Source: Squalus acanthias
Lineage: Eukaryota
Length of the DNA stretch: 64,000 nucleotides
Assembly (NCBI GenBank): GCA_030390025.1
Contig: JASTWF010000070.1
Location: forward strand, 124,001-188,000
Direction of reading: 5' to 3'
Under the pieces are notes generated by a model. That model made no database searches. It saw only the letters and a list, made by a program, of their open reading frames with translations, and had not been told where the DNA came from. Shown here in pieces: positions 1 to 12,200 of the stretch (within the stretch, counting starts at the first letter, position 1; every line of letters begins with the position of its first letter). Made by a program: the position numbers and the translations under genes.

Positions 1-1679
1 AAAAGTCTTCTATAGGCATATAAATAGTAAATGGGTAGTAAGAGGAGGGGTGGGGCCGATTAGGGATCAAAAAGGAAACCTACGCATGGAGGTAGAGGGT
101 ATGGCTGAGGTACTAAATGAGTACTTTGCATCAGTCTTCACCGAGGAAGAAGATGTTGCCATTGACATAGTGAAGGAGGACGTAGAGGAGATACTGGATT
201 GGATAAAAATTGGTAAAGGCGAGGTAGTAGAAAGGCTGGCTATACTTAAAGTAGGATAAGTCACCAGGACCAGATGGGATGCATGCTAGGACGCTGAGGG
301 AAGTGAGGGAAGAAATTGCGGAGGTGCTGGCCATAATCTTCCAATCCTCCTTAGAAACGGGGGTGGTGCCAGAGGACTGGAGAATTGCAAATGTTACACC
401 ATTGTTCAAAAAAGGGTGTAAGGATAAACCCAGCAACTACAGGCCAGTCAGCTTAACCTCGGTAGTGGGGAAGCTTTTAGAAACAATAATCAGGGGCAAA
501 ATTAACAGTCACTTGGACAAGTGTGGATTAATTAAGGAAAGCCAGCACGGATTCGTTAAAGGCAAATTGTGTTTAACTAACTTGATTGGGTTCTTTGATG
601 AGGTAACAGAGAGGGTTGATGAGGGTAATGCGGTTGACTTGGTGTACATGGATTTCCAAAAGGCGTTCAACAAAGTGCCACATAATAGGCTTACCAGCAA
701 AGTTGAAGTCCATGGAATAAAAGGGACAGTGGCAGCATGGATACGGAATTGGCTAAGTGATAGGAAACAGAGAGTAGTGGTGAACGGTTGTTTTTCGGAC
801 TGGAGGAAGGTACACAGTGGTGTTTCCCAGGGGTCGGTTCTAGGACCACTGCTTTTCTTGATATATATTGATGACTTGGACGTGGGTGTACAGGGTACAA
901 TTTCAAAATTTGCAGGTGACGCAAAACTTGGAAGTATAGTGAACAGTGAGGAGGAGAGTGATAGACTTCATGAGGACATAGACAGGCTGGTGGAATGGGC
1001 GGAAACGTGGCAGATGAAATTTAATGCAGAAAAGTGTGAAGTGATACATTTTGGTAGAAAGAATGAGGAGAGAACATATCAACTAAATGGTACAATCCTG
1101 AAGAGGGTGCACGAATAGAGAGCCCGGGGGAGTATATGTGCACAAATCGTAGAAGGTGGCAGGACAGGTTGAGAAAGCAGTTAAAATAACTTACGGAGTC
1201 CTGTGCTTCATGAATAGAGGTATAGAGTACAAAAGTGTGAAATTATGGTGAACCTGTATAAAACACTGGTTCGGCCTCAACTGGAGAATTGTGTCCAATT
1301 CTGGGCACCGCACTTTAGGGAGGATGTGAAGGCCTTAGAGAGGGTGCAGAAAAGATTTACGAGAATGATTCCAGGGATGAGGGACTTCAGTTACATTGAT
1401 AGACTGGAGAAGTTGGGGTTGTTCTCCTTAGAGCAGAGACATTGAGAGGAAATTTGATAGAGGTGTTCAAAATCATGAGGGTTCTGGACTGTGTAGATAG
1501 AGGGAAACTGTGCCCATTGGCAGAAGAGTCGAGAACTAGAGGACACAGATTTAAGGTGATTGGCAAAAGAACCAAAGGCGACATAAGAAAAAACTTTTTA
1601 TGCAGCGAGTGGTTAGGATCTGGATGGCACGAATGGCCTTCTTCTGTGCTGTAACCATTCTATGAGCCTATGATTCTAT
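1..1679 (+). mobile_element. CR1 LINE, degraded ORF2 (reverse transcriptase) and 3' tail
   Basis: ORF 279-1118 has CR1 RT motifs (NYRPVSLTSVVGK, YMDFQKAF, GVSQGSVLGPLLF, FAGD); stops downstream; ctatgatt-type tail. Confidence 0.95.
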
Positions 1680-1926
1680 TCACCTCAACTACTCCCTACG
1701 GTAGCGAGTTCCACATTCTCACCACCCTCTGGGTAAAGAAATTTCTTCTGAATTCCTGTTTGATTTCTTGGTGACTATCTTATATTGATGGCCTCTAGTT
1801 TTGCTCTTTCCCACAAGTGGAAACATTCTCTCTGTGTCTACTCTTATCAAAACCTTTCATCATTTTAAAGGCCTCTATAAGGTGATGATGGGATAGTGTT
1901 GAGTACCGTTAAACAATAGTGGATAG

Positions 1927-2010
1927 CAGTTCTGATGAAAGGCCATCGACCTGAAACGTTAACTCTGTTTCTCTCTCCACAGATGCTGCCTGACCTGCTG
2001 AGTGTTTTTG
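1927..2010 (+). mobile_element. Penelope-like terminal-repeat fragment with minimal hammerhead ribozyme motif
   Basis: agtt-CTGATGA-aaggcc-atc-gacct-GAAA-cgtt-aact; the same repeat is inserted at 61988. Confidence 0.55.
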
Positions 2011-2065
2011 TTTCCACTTGGATCCCTTTAATCGCATTGGAAGGTACATCCTGAGAAACAAGAAG

Positions 2066-2084
2066 CAGCGCCACCTCGTGGTAA
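2066..2084 (-). promoter_or_regulatory. Candidate CTCF site
   Basis: Reverse complement CCACGAGGTGGCGC matches the CTCF core consensus. Confidence 0.4.
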
Positions 2085-2909
2085 TCGGACGCAACTAGAA
2101 AGGCAAGAACTTAACTCTGCTCCCCCGAGGCCCCGTGTGTTGTGTGAAGCTGGTGACTGCTGGGTCTCATTAGGACACAGCACGTAAAGTCACCGAGAGA
2201 AGGCCCTCGTAGACTAGGTATTAGCACCGACCATGTAAGTGTTTTTTAACACCAAGATCAATGAGGCATCAAGGGATTAAACGGTTCAGTAATGGTGACA
2301 ATGAAACAACCAGATTGTCGTAAAAATCCATCTGCTTCACTCGTGCTCTTTAGGGAAGGAAATCTGCCGTCCTTACACGGTCTGGCCCATATGTGACTCC
2401 AGACCCACAGCAATGTGGTTGACTCTTAACTGCCCTCTGAAATGGCCTAGCAAGCCACTCAGTTGTACCAAACCGCTACAAAGAAGTATACTGGGACCTT
2501 CACCACGTGGACAGCAGTGGTTCAAGAAGGCGGCTCACCACCACCTTCTCAAGGACAATTAGGGATGGGCAACAAATGCTGGCTTTGCCAGTGACGCCCA
2601 CATCCCGTGAATGAATAAAGAAAATTCTGTACCAAAAATTCCTTACCTAAGAAAGGATATACTTGCCATAGAGGGAGTGCAGCGAAGTTTCACCAGATTG
2701 ATTCCTGGGATGGCAGGACTGTTGTATGAGGAGAGATTGGGTCGACTAGGCCTATATTCACTAGTGTTTAGAAGAATGAGAGGGAATCTCATTGAAATGT
2801 ATAAAATTCTGACAGGGCTAGACAGACTGGATGCAGGGAGGATGTTTCCCCTGGCTAGAACGAGGGGTCACAGTCTCAGGATACGGGGTAGGTCATTTAG
2901 GACTGAGAT

Positions 2910-3313
2910 AGAAACATAGAATCTAGGAGCAGGAGTAGGCCATTTGGCCCGTCGAGCCTGCACCACCATTCAATACGATCATGGCTGATCATTCAAATCC
3001 AGTACCCTGTCCCTGCTTTAATCCCCACAGTACACATATCCCACCCGACCCCCGTAACCCCACGTATTTAATTCCCCCTAACATATCCCATCCTATCCCC
3101 CCCTAACACTAAGGGTCAATTTATCATAGCCAAATTAACCTAACCCGCACATTTTTGGACAGTGGGAGGAAACCGGAGCACCCGGAGGAAACCCACGCAG
3201 ACACGGGGAGAATGTGCAAACTCCACACAGACAGTCACCCGAGGTCAGGATTCGAACCCGGGTCTCTGGCGCTGTGAGGCACCAGTGCTAACCACTATGC
3301 CACCGTGTTGCCC
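2910..3313 (-). mobile_element. tRNA-derived V-SINE (HE1-like), nested in a CR1 fragment (2638-3370)
   Basis: Minus strand has a tRNA-like head (ggtggcatagtggttagcac...gggttcgaatcc), V-domain tgtgtggagtttgcacattctccccgtgtctgcgtgggtttcctccggg and a CR1-like tail. Confidence 0.8.
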
Positions 3314-3699
3314 GTGATGAGGATAAATTTCTTCACTCAGAGGGTGGTGAACCTGTGGAATTCTGTACCATCGTGGCTAAGTGCATGGTACGATCATCTC
3401 TCAGTGCCCCGGTGGGAAGCCTCTTTGTAAGTATGTAGGCCATGTTTGGAGACTCTTTGTCGCTGAAGTACTATTAATGTGCTAATGATCCCAGTCTCAT
3501 TGCCTGAGTCCTACTTGGAATTATGGATTACAACGATGTGTTAGCATAGTCTCATCATGGCAGCTTCCTTCAAATATTCCTCCTGCTCCCAGATCCTGCA
3601 TGTACAGTACATGGCACTGAAATTGGCTGCCACCTCTTGCCTGACACGGTGCTCTGCCCTCTTGTGGTGAGAGCACCTGGAGAGCTAAACAGGGGCAGC

Positions 3700-4158
3700 T
3701 GAGGCTCAGTTTGTAGCATTCTCGTCTCTATCAGTAGGTCGTGGATTCAGGTCCCACTCCAGAGACTTCAGCACATAATCTAGGCTGAGACCCCCGGTGT
3801 AGTACCGAGAGAGTGCTGCACTGTCGGAGGTGCAGTCTTTTAGATGAGACTTTAAACTGAGACCCCGTCTGCCCTCTCGGGTAAATAATCACATGGCACT
3901 ATTTCGAAGAAGAGCAGGGGAGTTCTTCCCAGTGCCCTGGGGCCAATATTTATCCCTCAATCAACAAAACTAAATTACAGGATCGCTGGTCATTAACAAA
4001 TTACTGTTTGGGGGAGCTTGCTGTGCGGAAACTGGCTGCCACGTTTCCTTCATTACAACAGTGGCTATACGTCAGACGGTACTTCATTGGCTATAAAGCG
4101 CTTTGGGACGTTCTGGGGTCATGAAAGGCGCTGTATAAATGCAAGTCTTTCTTTCTTT
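3700..4158 (+). mobile_element. tRNA-derived SINE with L2-like tail (SacSINE1/DeuSINE-like)
   Basis: tRNA-like head, atttatccctcaa core, aagcgctttgggacg...ataaatgcaagtctt tail; related copies at about 19185-20071, 27840-28150, 31490-31945, 35030-35408. Confidence 0.7.
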
Positions 4159-4906
4159 AAACAGGGCGACCATCATTACACCCAATTCATGACAAACATG
4201 CCCAGTTTGCCAGCCATTAAAGAAGGGAGGTCTGGTGCTCCCCTTACTCTGCCACCTACCTGAGGGCTCATTTTCACATTCAGAACAGTATCATGGACAC
4301 TGCACAAAGCAAAGAGGCTGCCCTAACCCCGACACCTGAACTACCTGCCCTTGAAAGCCTAGAACTGTGTGTAGCCTTTCATTTGTGTTTTAATATATAG
4401 AGCTCACAGCAGAGAAACAGATCATTTGGATCAACTGGTCCGTGCCGGTGTTTCTGCTCCACACGAGCCTCCCTCCATCCTACTTCATTTCACCCTATCT
4501 CCATATCCTTCTTTCCCTTTCTCCCTCATGTATTTATCTAACTTCCCCTTAAATGCATCGATAATCTTCACCTCAACCACTCCCTGTGGTAGCGAGTTCC
4601 ACATTCTCACCACTCTCTGGGTAAAGAAGTTTCTCCTGAATTCCCTATTGGATTTATTAGTGACTATCTTATCTTTAGGACCTTTAGTTTCGGTCTCCCC
4701 CACAAGAGGAAACATCTTCCCTACATTGCCCTATCGAACCACTTCATAATCTTAAAGACCTCTATCAGGTCACCCCTCAGCCTTCATTTTGCTCGAGAAA
4801 AAGGTTCCAGCCTGTTCAATCTTTCCTGATAGTTATAAACTCTCAGTTCCAGTATTATCCTTGTGAATCTTATTTGCACCTTCTCCAGGGCCTCTATATC
4901 CTTTTT

Positions 4907-5968
4907 ATAATAAACAGGTCATTTTCGGGTTGGCAGGCTGTAACTAGTGGGGTACCACAAGGATCAGTGCGTGGGCCTCAGCTATTCACAATCTACAACA
5001 ATGATTTGGATGAAGGGACCAAATGTAATATATCCAAGTTTGCTGATGATACAAAGCTGGGTGGGAATGTAAGTTGTGAGGAGGATGCAAAGAGGCTTCA
5101 AGGGGATATAGACAGGCTAAGTGAGTGGGCAAGAACATGGCAAATGGAACATAATGTGGAGAAATGTGAAGTTATCCACTTTGGTAGGAAAAATAGAAAA
5201 GCAGAGTATTTTTTAAATGGTGAGGGATTGGGAAATGTTGGTGTTCAGAGGGACCTGGGTGTCCTTGTACACGAATCACTGAAAGTTAACATGCAGTTAC
5301 AGCAAGCAATTAGGAAAGCAAATGGTATGTTGGCCTTTATTACAAGAGGATTTGAGTATAAGAGTAAAGACGTCTTACTGTAATTATATAGGGCCCTGGT
5401 GAGACCACACCTGGGGTATTGTATACAGTTTTTGTCTCCTTACCTAAGGAAGGATATACTTGCCATAGAGGGAGTGCAATGAAGGTTCACCAGACTGATT
5501 CCTGGGATTGGGGGGATTGTCTATGAGTAAAGATTGAGTAGACTAGGCCTATATTCTCTAGCGTTTAGAAGAATGAGATATGATCTCATTGAAACATATA
5601 AAATTCTTACAGGGCTTGACAGGGTAGATGCTGAGAGGTTGTTTTCCCCTGGCTGGGGAGTCTAGAACCAGGGGTCATAGTCTCAGAATAAGGGTTCGGA
5701 CATTTGGGACTGAGATGAGGAGAAATTTCTTCACTCAGAGGGTGGTGAATCTTTGGAATTCTCTGCCCCAGAGGGTTGTAGATGATCACTCGTTGAATAT
5801 ATACAAGACAGAGATCGATAGATTTTTGAATATTAAGGCAATCAAGGGATATGGGGATAGTGCAGAAAAGTGGAGATGAGGTAGAAGATCAGCCATGATC
5901 TTATTGAATGGCGCAGCAGTCTCGAAGGGCCGAATGGCCGACTCCTGCTCCTATTTCTTATGTTCTTA
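4907..5968 (+). mobile_element. 5'-truncated CR1 LINE
   Basis: RT fragment with GVPQGSV and KFADDTKL (ORF 4874-5383); inserted within an opposite-strand CR1 fragment (about 4400-4905 and 5970-6015). Confidence 0.9.
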
Positions 5969-6073
5969 TAATACGGAGAGCTGAACTGTGCACAGTGCTC
6001 CAAGTGTGGTCTAACTAATATGAGTTGAAACCAGGGGCTTTTTGTAAAACAGATGCTGTGTGCGTGTGTGTGT

Positions 6074-6194
6074 CTGTGTGTGGGCACTTGACCTGCATAA
6101 ACAGGAAACCCACGGCACCGCTTTCCAGTCCAATCGTACATTTATTAATAAACACAGCGCATGATTTCCGCAATTCGCTCTGCATTTTACACCT
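6074..6194 (+). promoter_or_regulatory. Putative promoter of receptor gene A (ETS plus RUNX-like composite, T-box-like half site)
   Basis: acAGGAAaCCCAC at about 6101-6113 and TTACACCT at 6187-6194, 80-180 bp upstream of ATG 6277. Confidence 0.4.
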
Positions 6195-6276
6195 CCCTCG
6201 CACCGATCTATCGAGAGCCATTTCTCAGCGAGCTGCCGGTCCGTGGCTCAGAGTTTAACCGACTGGGTCACCGGCA

Positions 6277-9200
6277 ATGAGCTTCTTCGGCCTCTGCACG
6301 CTGTGCCATCTCTTCCAAGGTGAGATATCCTTCGATGTTTTAAGAGAGCGGGGAAGGGTTTGGAGAGAGTCAATAAGGAGAAGGGTTTTGACAGAGTCCA
6401 TAATGAGAAGTGAATTGATAGAGTAAAGATTACACTTGGCTAGCCTGTCCCACCACTCAGTGAGATCATGGCTGACCTGTATCCGGACTTCATCCACCCG
6501 CCTGGGCTCCATGTCCCTTGGTGCCCTTGGCTGACAGATATCAATCAATCTCAGATTTAAAATGATTAATTGAGCATCTACTGCCTTTTGAGGGAGAGAG
6601 TTCCACACTTCTACCGCCCTTTGCGTGAAGAAGTATTTTCGAGAGGAAGTCTTTGATAGAGTAAATAGGAGAAGAGTTAAGATAGAGTCAATAAGGAGAA
6701 GGGTTACATAAGAACATAAGGAATAGGAGCAGGAGTGGGCCATTCGGCCCCTCGAGCCTGCTCCGCCATTCAATAAGATCATGGCTGATCTGATCTTGGC
6801 CTCAACTCCACTTTCCCGCTCTCTCCCTATACCCCTCGACTCCCCTGTAGCTCAAAGATCTGTCTATCTCAGCCTTGAATATATTCACTGACTCCGCCTC
6901 CACAGCTCTCCGGGGTAGAGAATTCCAAAGATTCACCACCCTCTGAGAGAAGAAATTCCTCCTCATCTCCGTCTTAAATGGGCGACCCCTTATCCTGAGA
7001 CTATGCCCCCTAGTTCTAGATCCCCCCACGAGGGGAAACATCCGCTCAGCACCTAACCTGTCAAGCCCCCTTTTGAGAGAGAAGGGTTTTGGTAGCGTTA
7101 ATAAGAAAAAGGGTTTGGAAAGAGTCAATAAGAGAAGGTTTTTGATAGAGTAAATAATGAGAGACTGTCTCCCTTGGCCGGAGGGTCGATAACCAGAAGA
7201 AAGAGTTTGAAGGTAATTGGCAAAAGAACCAGAGGGGAGATGAGGAGAATCTTTTTACGCAGCGAGTTGTTGTGATCTGGAATGCGCTGCCTGAAAGGGC
7301 GGTGGAAGCAGATTCAATAGTAACTTTCAAAAGGGGAATTGGATAATTACTTGAAAAGGAAAAAAAAGTTACAGGGCTATGGGGAAAGAGCAGGGGGGAA
7401 TAGGACTAATTGGAGAGGTCTTTCAAAGAGCCGGCACAGGCAGGATGGGCCGAATGGCCTCTTTCTGTGCTGTATGATTCTATGTGCAATTTAACATTCA
7501 ACTTTAACTTTAATAAAGCAACTAAAATATTCAGCAAAGTGGAAATTTCAATCAATAACAACACCGCAACTTTGAAGCCGACATGCTCCTTAAGATGGAT
7601 TTTTTTGGATTTGTCGGTATCAAGGTGGGTCCGCCAGAGGTTGGCTTCGGGCCCACAACTTGTTGTTAATATTTTTTGTCTGCTTCTCAGTTGTTGTGTC
7701 TCAGTCGGTCTTGTTCCAGTCTCCGCCGGTTCAGACGCTTGCTGTCGGGAGCCTTGTTAAACTGCAATGCCAGACGGGGAGGATGGAGCGTCTCGTTGTA
7801 TCCTGGTACAGACAATGGCACCGAGAGGAATTAAAGCTCGTTTACAAAGTGGCCCAATTCGTAAGGCCAGAGGGAAGATTTTCCGGCGAGATATGTAATA
7901 AATCGGGTAATTATACTCTGGTCATTGCAAATGTCCAGAGAAATGATTCTGGGCTGTATTACTGTGCCGCGCCAAACCACACTAAGTCCCTAATATTCGG
8001 AAATGGCTCCAAGCTAGTGATTACAGGTAATCTTCACAACTATTTCACTCAATTGTGCATTTATACATCACTTAAAACGCGTCTTGTTTTACTGTTAATT
8101 CGGCCTCCGTTTTATTTTCCGAATTTAGCGGGTCCCCCGGATATATTTCTCTTAACTCCACCGCCAAATGAAATTTCCTGGTCGGAACGGGTGCCCTTGA
8201 TGTGTTTGGTGAGAGGCGCGTCTCCCGAATCCCTTCCCGTCCGCTGGACGGTTTCGGGCCGGGTTACCGAGGGACGCAGCGATTCCGGGACGGTGGACCC
8301 GGACGGGAGCTACACCGTGAGAAGCCACATCAGCGTCTCGGCGGAAACTTGGAGCAGCGGCGCCGTCTGTACTTGCGCCGTTCCAATCAACTCGGCTGGG
8401 GATCTGATCAGTGAAAGTGTCTCGTCTGAGAGAGGTAACTGGAGTTGAGACGAGTTAATGATAGTGTTAAACTGCTGCATCAGAACTGTTGCTTTATATC
8501 TTAAACTACACTTTGTCTCTCTTTAGTAAAATTTTACAAAGTTGCCAATGCTGCAAGCACCTCCAGACTAGAGCGCTCTAACGGAAACTTTAACATCTCT
8601 TTTCCTTGGCCGGCCATTTGCTGCATTTATTTCTCCATGTTTCTAGCCTGACTATCTCGCCATCAGTCGCTGCACATCTCCCCTGCTTCATAAGAACATA
8701 AGAACATAAGAATTAGGAGCGGGAGTCGGCCATTTGGTCCTTCGAGCCTGCTCCGCCATTCAATAAGATCATGGCTGATCTTCTACCTCATCTCCACTGT
8801 CCCGCACTTTCTCCATATCCCTTGATTCCCTTAATATTCAACTGCTCACAGTACTCCAACAACCAACAACAACAACTTGTATTTATATAGCGCCTTTAAT
8901 GTAGTAAAACGTCCCAAGGTGCTTCACAGGAGTATTAACAAATAATTTGACACTGAGGCACATAAGGAGATATTAGGACAGGTGACCAAAAGATTGGTCA
9001 AAGAGGTCGGTTTTAAGGAGCGTCTTAAAGGAGGAGAGAGAGGCGGAGAGGTTTAGGGAGGGAATTCCAGAGCTTAGGACCCAGGCAGCTGAAGGCACGG
9101 CCGCCAGTGGTGGAGCGATGGAAATCGGGGGGATGGGCAAGAGGCCAGAATTGGAGGAGCGCGGAGATCTTGGAGGGTTGTAGGTCTGGAGGAGATTACA

Positions 9201-12200
9201 GAGATAGTGAGGGGGCGAGGCCTTGGATTTGAAAACAAGGATGAGAATTTTAAAATCGAGGCATCGCTGGACCGGGAGCCAATGTAAGTAAGCGAGCAAC
9301 AGGGGGTGATGGGTGAACGGGACTTGGTGTGAGTTAGGATACGGGGCAGCAGAGTTTACATCCTATTATTCTCCTCTAGTGATACTGGATATAAGCAGCC
9401 CAGAACCAAATCCATCCCGAACGACTGCGCTTCCAATACGGGCTATATTGGGAGCACTAATATGGAAAGGCAGTATTTTACAAATGGCATGAGTTTGGAA
9501 AGTGTCGATGTACAGAGAGACTTTGATGTCCATATACACAAATCCTTAAAGATGGCAGGGCAAGTTGATAAGGTGGTTAAAAAAGCATATGCTTTACTTG
9601 GGTTTATATAAGGAGATATTAGGACAGGTGACCAAATGCTTGGCCAAAGAGGTCGGTTTTAAGGAGCGTCTTAAAGGAGGAGAGAGAGGTGGAGAGGTTT
9701 GGGGAGGTAATTCCAGAGCTCGGGGCCCAGGCAGCTGAAGGCACGGCCGCCAATGGTGGAGCGATGGAAATCGGGGGTTGTGCAATAGGCCAGAATTGGA
9801 GGAGCGCAGAGATCTCAACAACAGGAACAACTTGCATTAAGAACATAAGAACATAAGAAATAGGAGCAGGAGTAGGCCAATCGGCCCCTCGAGCCTGCTC
9901 CGCCATTCAATAAGATCATGGCTGATCTGATCCTAACCGCCAATCTACTATCTATCACAGAACCATCTCCTGCATCTAACAGAATTGCACACATGAAATA
10001 GGAGCAGAATCAGGCTACACGGTCCCTGGGCCCGCTCCACTACCCACAGGGCCATGACCGGATCCGAACCTAGACTCATGTCCAAATTCCTGCCCGCTCC
10101 CCGTAACCCTTAATGCCCTTTACTTCTAGGAAACTGTCTATTTCTGTTTTAAATTTATTTAATGATGTAGCTTCTACAGCTTTTTGTGGCAGCATATTCC
10201 ATGGACCTACCACCCTCTGAGTGAAGTAGTTCCTCCTCATCTCAGTTTTGAAAGAGCAGCCCCTTATTCTAAGACTATGTCCCCTAGTTCTAGTCTCACC
10301 CGTCATCGGGAACATCCTCCCCGCATCCACCCGATCCAACCCCTTCACAATCTTATATGTTTCAATAAGATCGCCTCTCATTCTTCTGAACTCCAATGAG
10401 TAGAGTCCCAATCTACCCAACCTCTCCTCATATGACCACCCCCTCATCCCCGGGATTAACCGAGTGAACCTTTTTTGCACTGCCTCGAGAGCAAGGATGT
10501 CTTTCCTTAAGTAAGGACACCAAAACTGTATGCAGTATTCCAGGTGCGGTCTCACCAATACCTTGTACAATTGAAGCAATACCTCCCTATTTTTATATTC
10601 TATCCCCCTAGCAATGAAAGCCAACATTCCATTTGCCTTCTTAATCACTTGCTGCACCTGCATACTAACCTTTTGAGTTTCGTGCACCAGGACCCCCAGA
10701 TCCCTTTGCACTTCAGTACTCTCCAGTTTCTTGCCATTAAGATAATAAATTGCTCTAGGATTTTTCCTGCCAAAGTGCATCACCTCACACTTTCCAGTGT
10801 TGTATTCCATCTGCCAAATCTCTGCCCACTTACTTAGCCTGTCTATGACCCCTTGCAGGTTTTTTATGTCCTCCTCACTCACTACTTTCCCTCCCATCTT
10901 TGTATCATCTGCAAATTTTGATATGTTACACTTGGTCCCTTCCTCCAAATCGTTAATATAGATTGTAAAGAGTTGGGGACCCAGCACTGACCCCTGTGGA
11001 ACACCACTAGTTACTGATTGCCAGTCTGAGAATGAACCATTTATCCCAACTCTTTGCTTTCTGTTAGATAGCCAATCCTCTATCCATGCCAGAATATTAC
11101 CCCCAATCCCGTGATTTTTTACCTTAAGCAATAATCTTTTGTGTGGCACCTTGTCAAATGCCTTTTGGAAGTCTAAATACACTACGTCCACTGGTTCCCC
11201 TTTATCCACTCTATATGTTACTTCCGCAAAGAACTCCAGCAAATTTGTCAAACATGACTTCCCCTTCGTAAAACCATGCTGACTTTGTCCTATTAAATTA
11301 TGATTATCCAAATGTCCTGTTACTGTTTCCTTAATAATGGACTCCAAAATTTTACCTACCACAGATGTTAGGCTAACCGGTCTATAGTTACCAGCCTTCT
11401 GTCGACTGCCCTTTTTAAATAATGGTGTTACATTAGCAGATATAGGGAACAGGACATCATCTTGTGTTTAACGATTCTGGCAAAAACGTCTTCAAATCCC
11501 AGTAGGCGAGGTTTCAAAATTTTATGAATGTAAGCTATTAGTTTGTGTTTGGTTCATTTCAAAAGAGTTATTTCTTTGTTGTTCAGTGTCCCTCCGGAGC
11601 ACGACCTGCCGCATCGCGCTTTACGCCCGTCTGGCGGCGGCCCTTCTTGTGCTGGGGATAGTCATTGTCGCGGCGAGACGGCGCGCCAAGACCCGCAAAC
11701 CAGGTACTGCCTGTCTGAAGCTAAACCTCAGTTGAGTCTTTTGCCGTTTGCTGAAAGTGTCCCTTTGGTGTGTAAGTTTGCACATTTAACTCTAATCATC
11801 TCCTTAAATCAGAGAGTCCAGTCACAACTGACCAAGGTCCAGATTAAAGAATCAAGAACCCAGAAAACGAGGTAGGTGTGAAGAATCTCAGCGGTATTAT
11901 TTTGATTAGAGAGCGGGAGGAGTGGGACTAATTGGGTAGCGATTTCAACGAGCCGGCACAGGCAGGCCGGGCCGAATGGCCCCCTTCTGTGCTGTAAGAT
12001 TCTATACTGGTATCAAGCGTTTCATTGATATTCATGGACATGTCCGTTGGTGGTTACTTTAATGAGAGATTCGCATTAATACAGCGCGTTATGCCTGGCT
12101 CGGAAACGACCCAAAGCGATTCGCATGCAATGAATTGCTTAGAACAACTTGTATCTATACAGCGCCTTTAATGTCCCAAGGCGATTCACAGGAGCGTAAA

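Noticed and set aside
3240-3313. tRNA-like sequence
   Set aside because: It is the head of a V-SINE, not a tRNA gene
7660-8448. Single-exon secreted V-C protein, or a TCR chain
   Set aside because: The ORF includes a canonical 102-nt GT-AG intron; downstream TM and ITIM exons and the absence of RSS argue against a TCR
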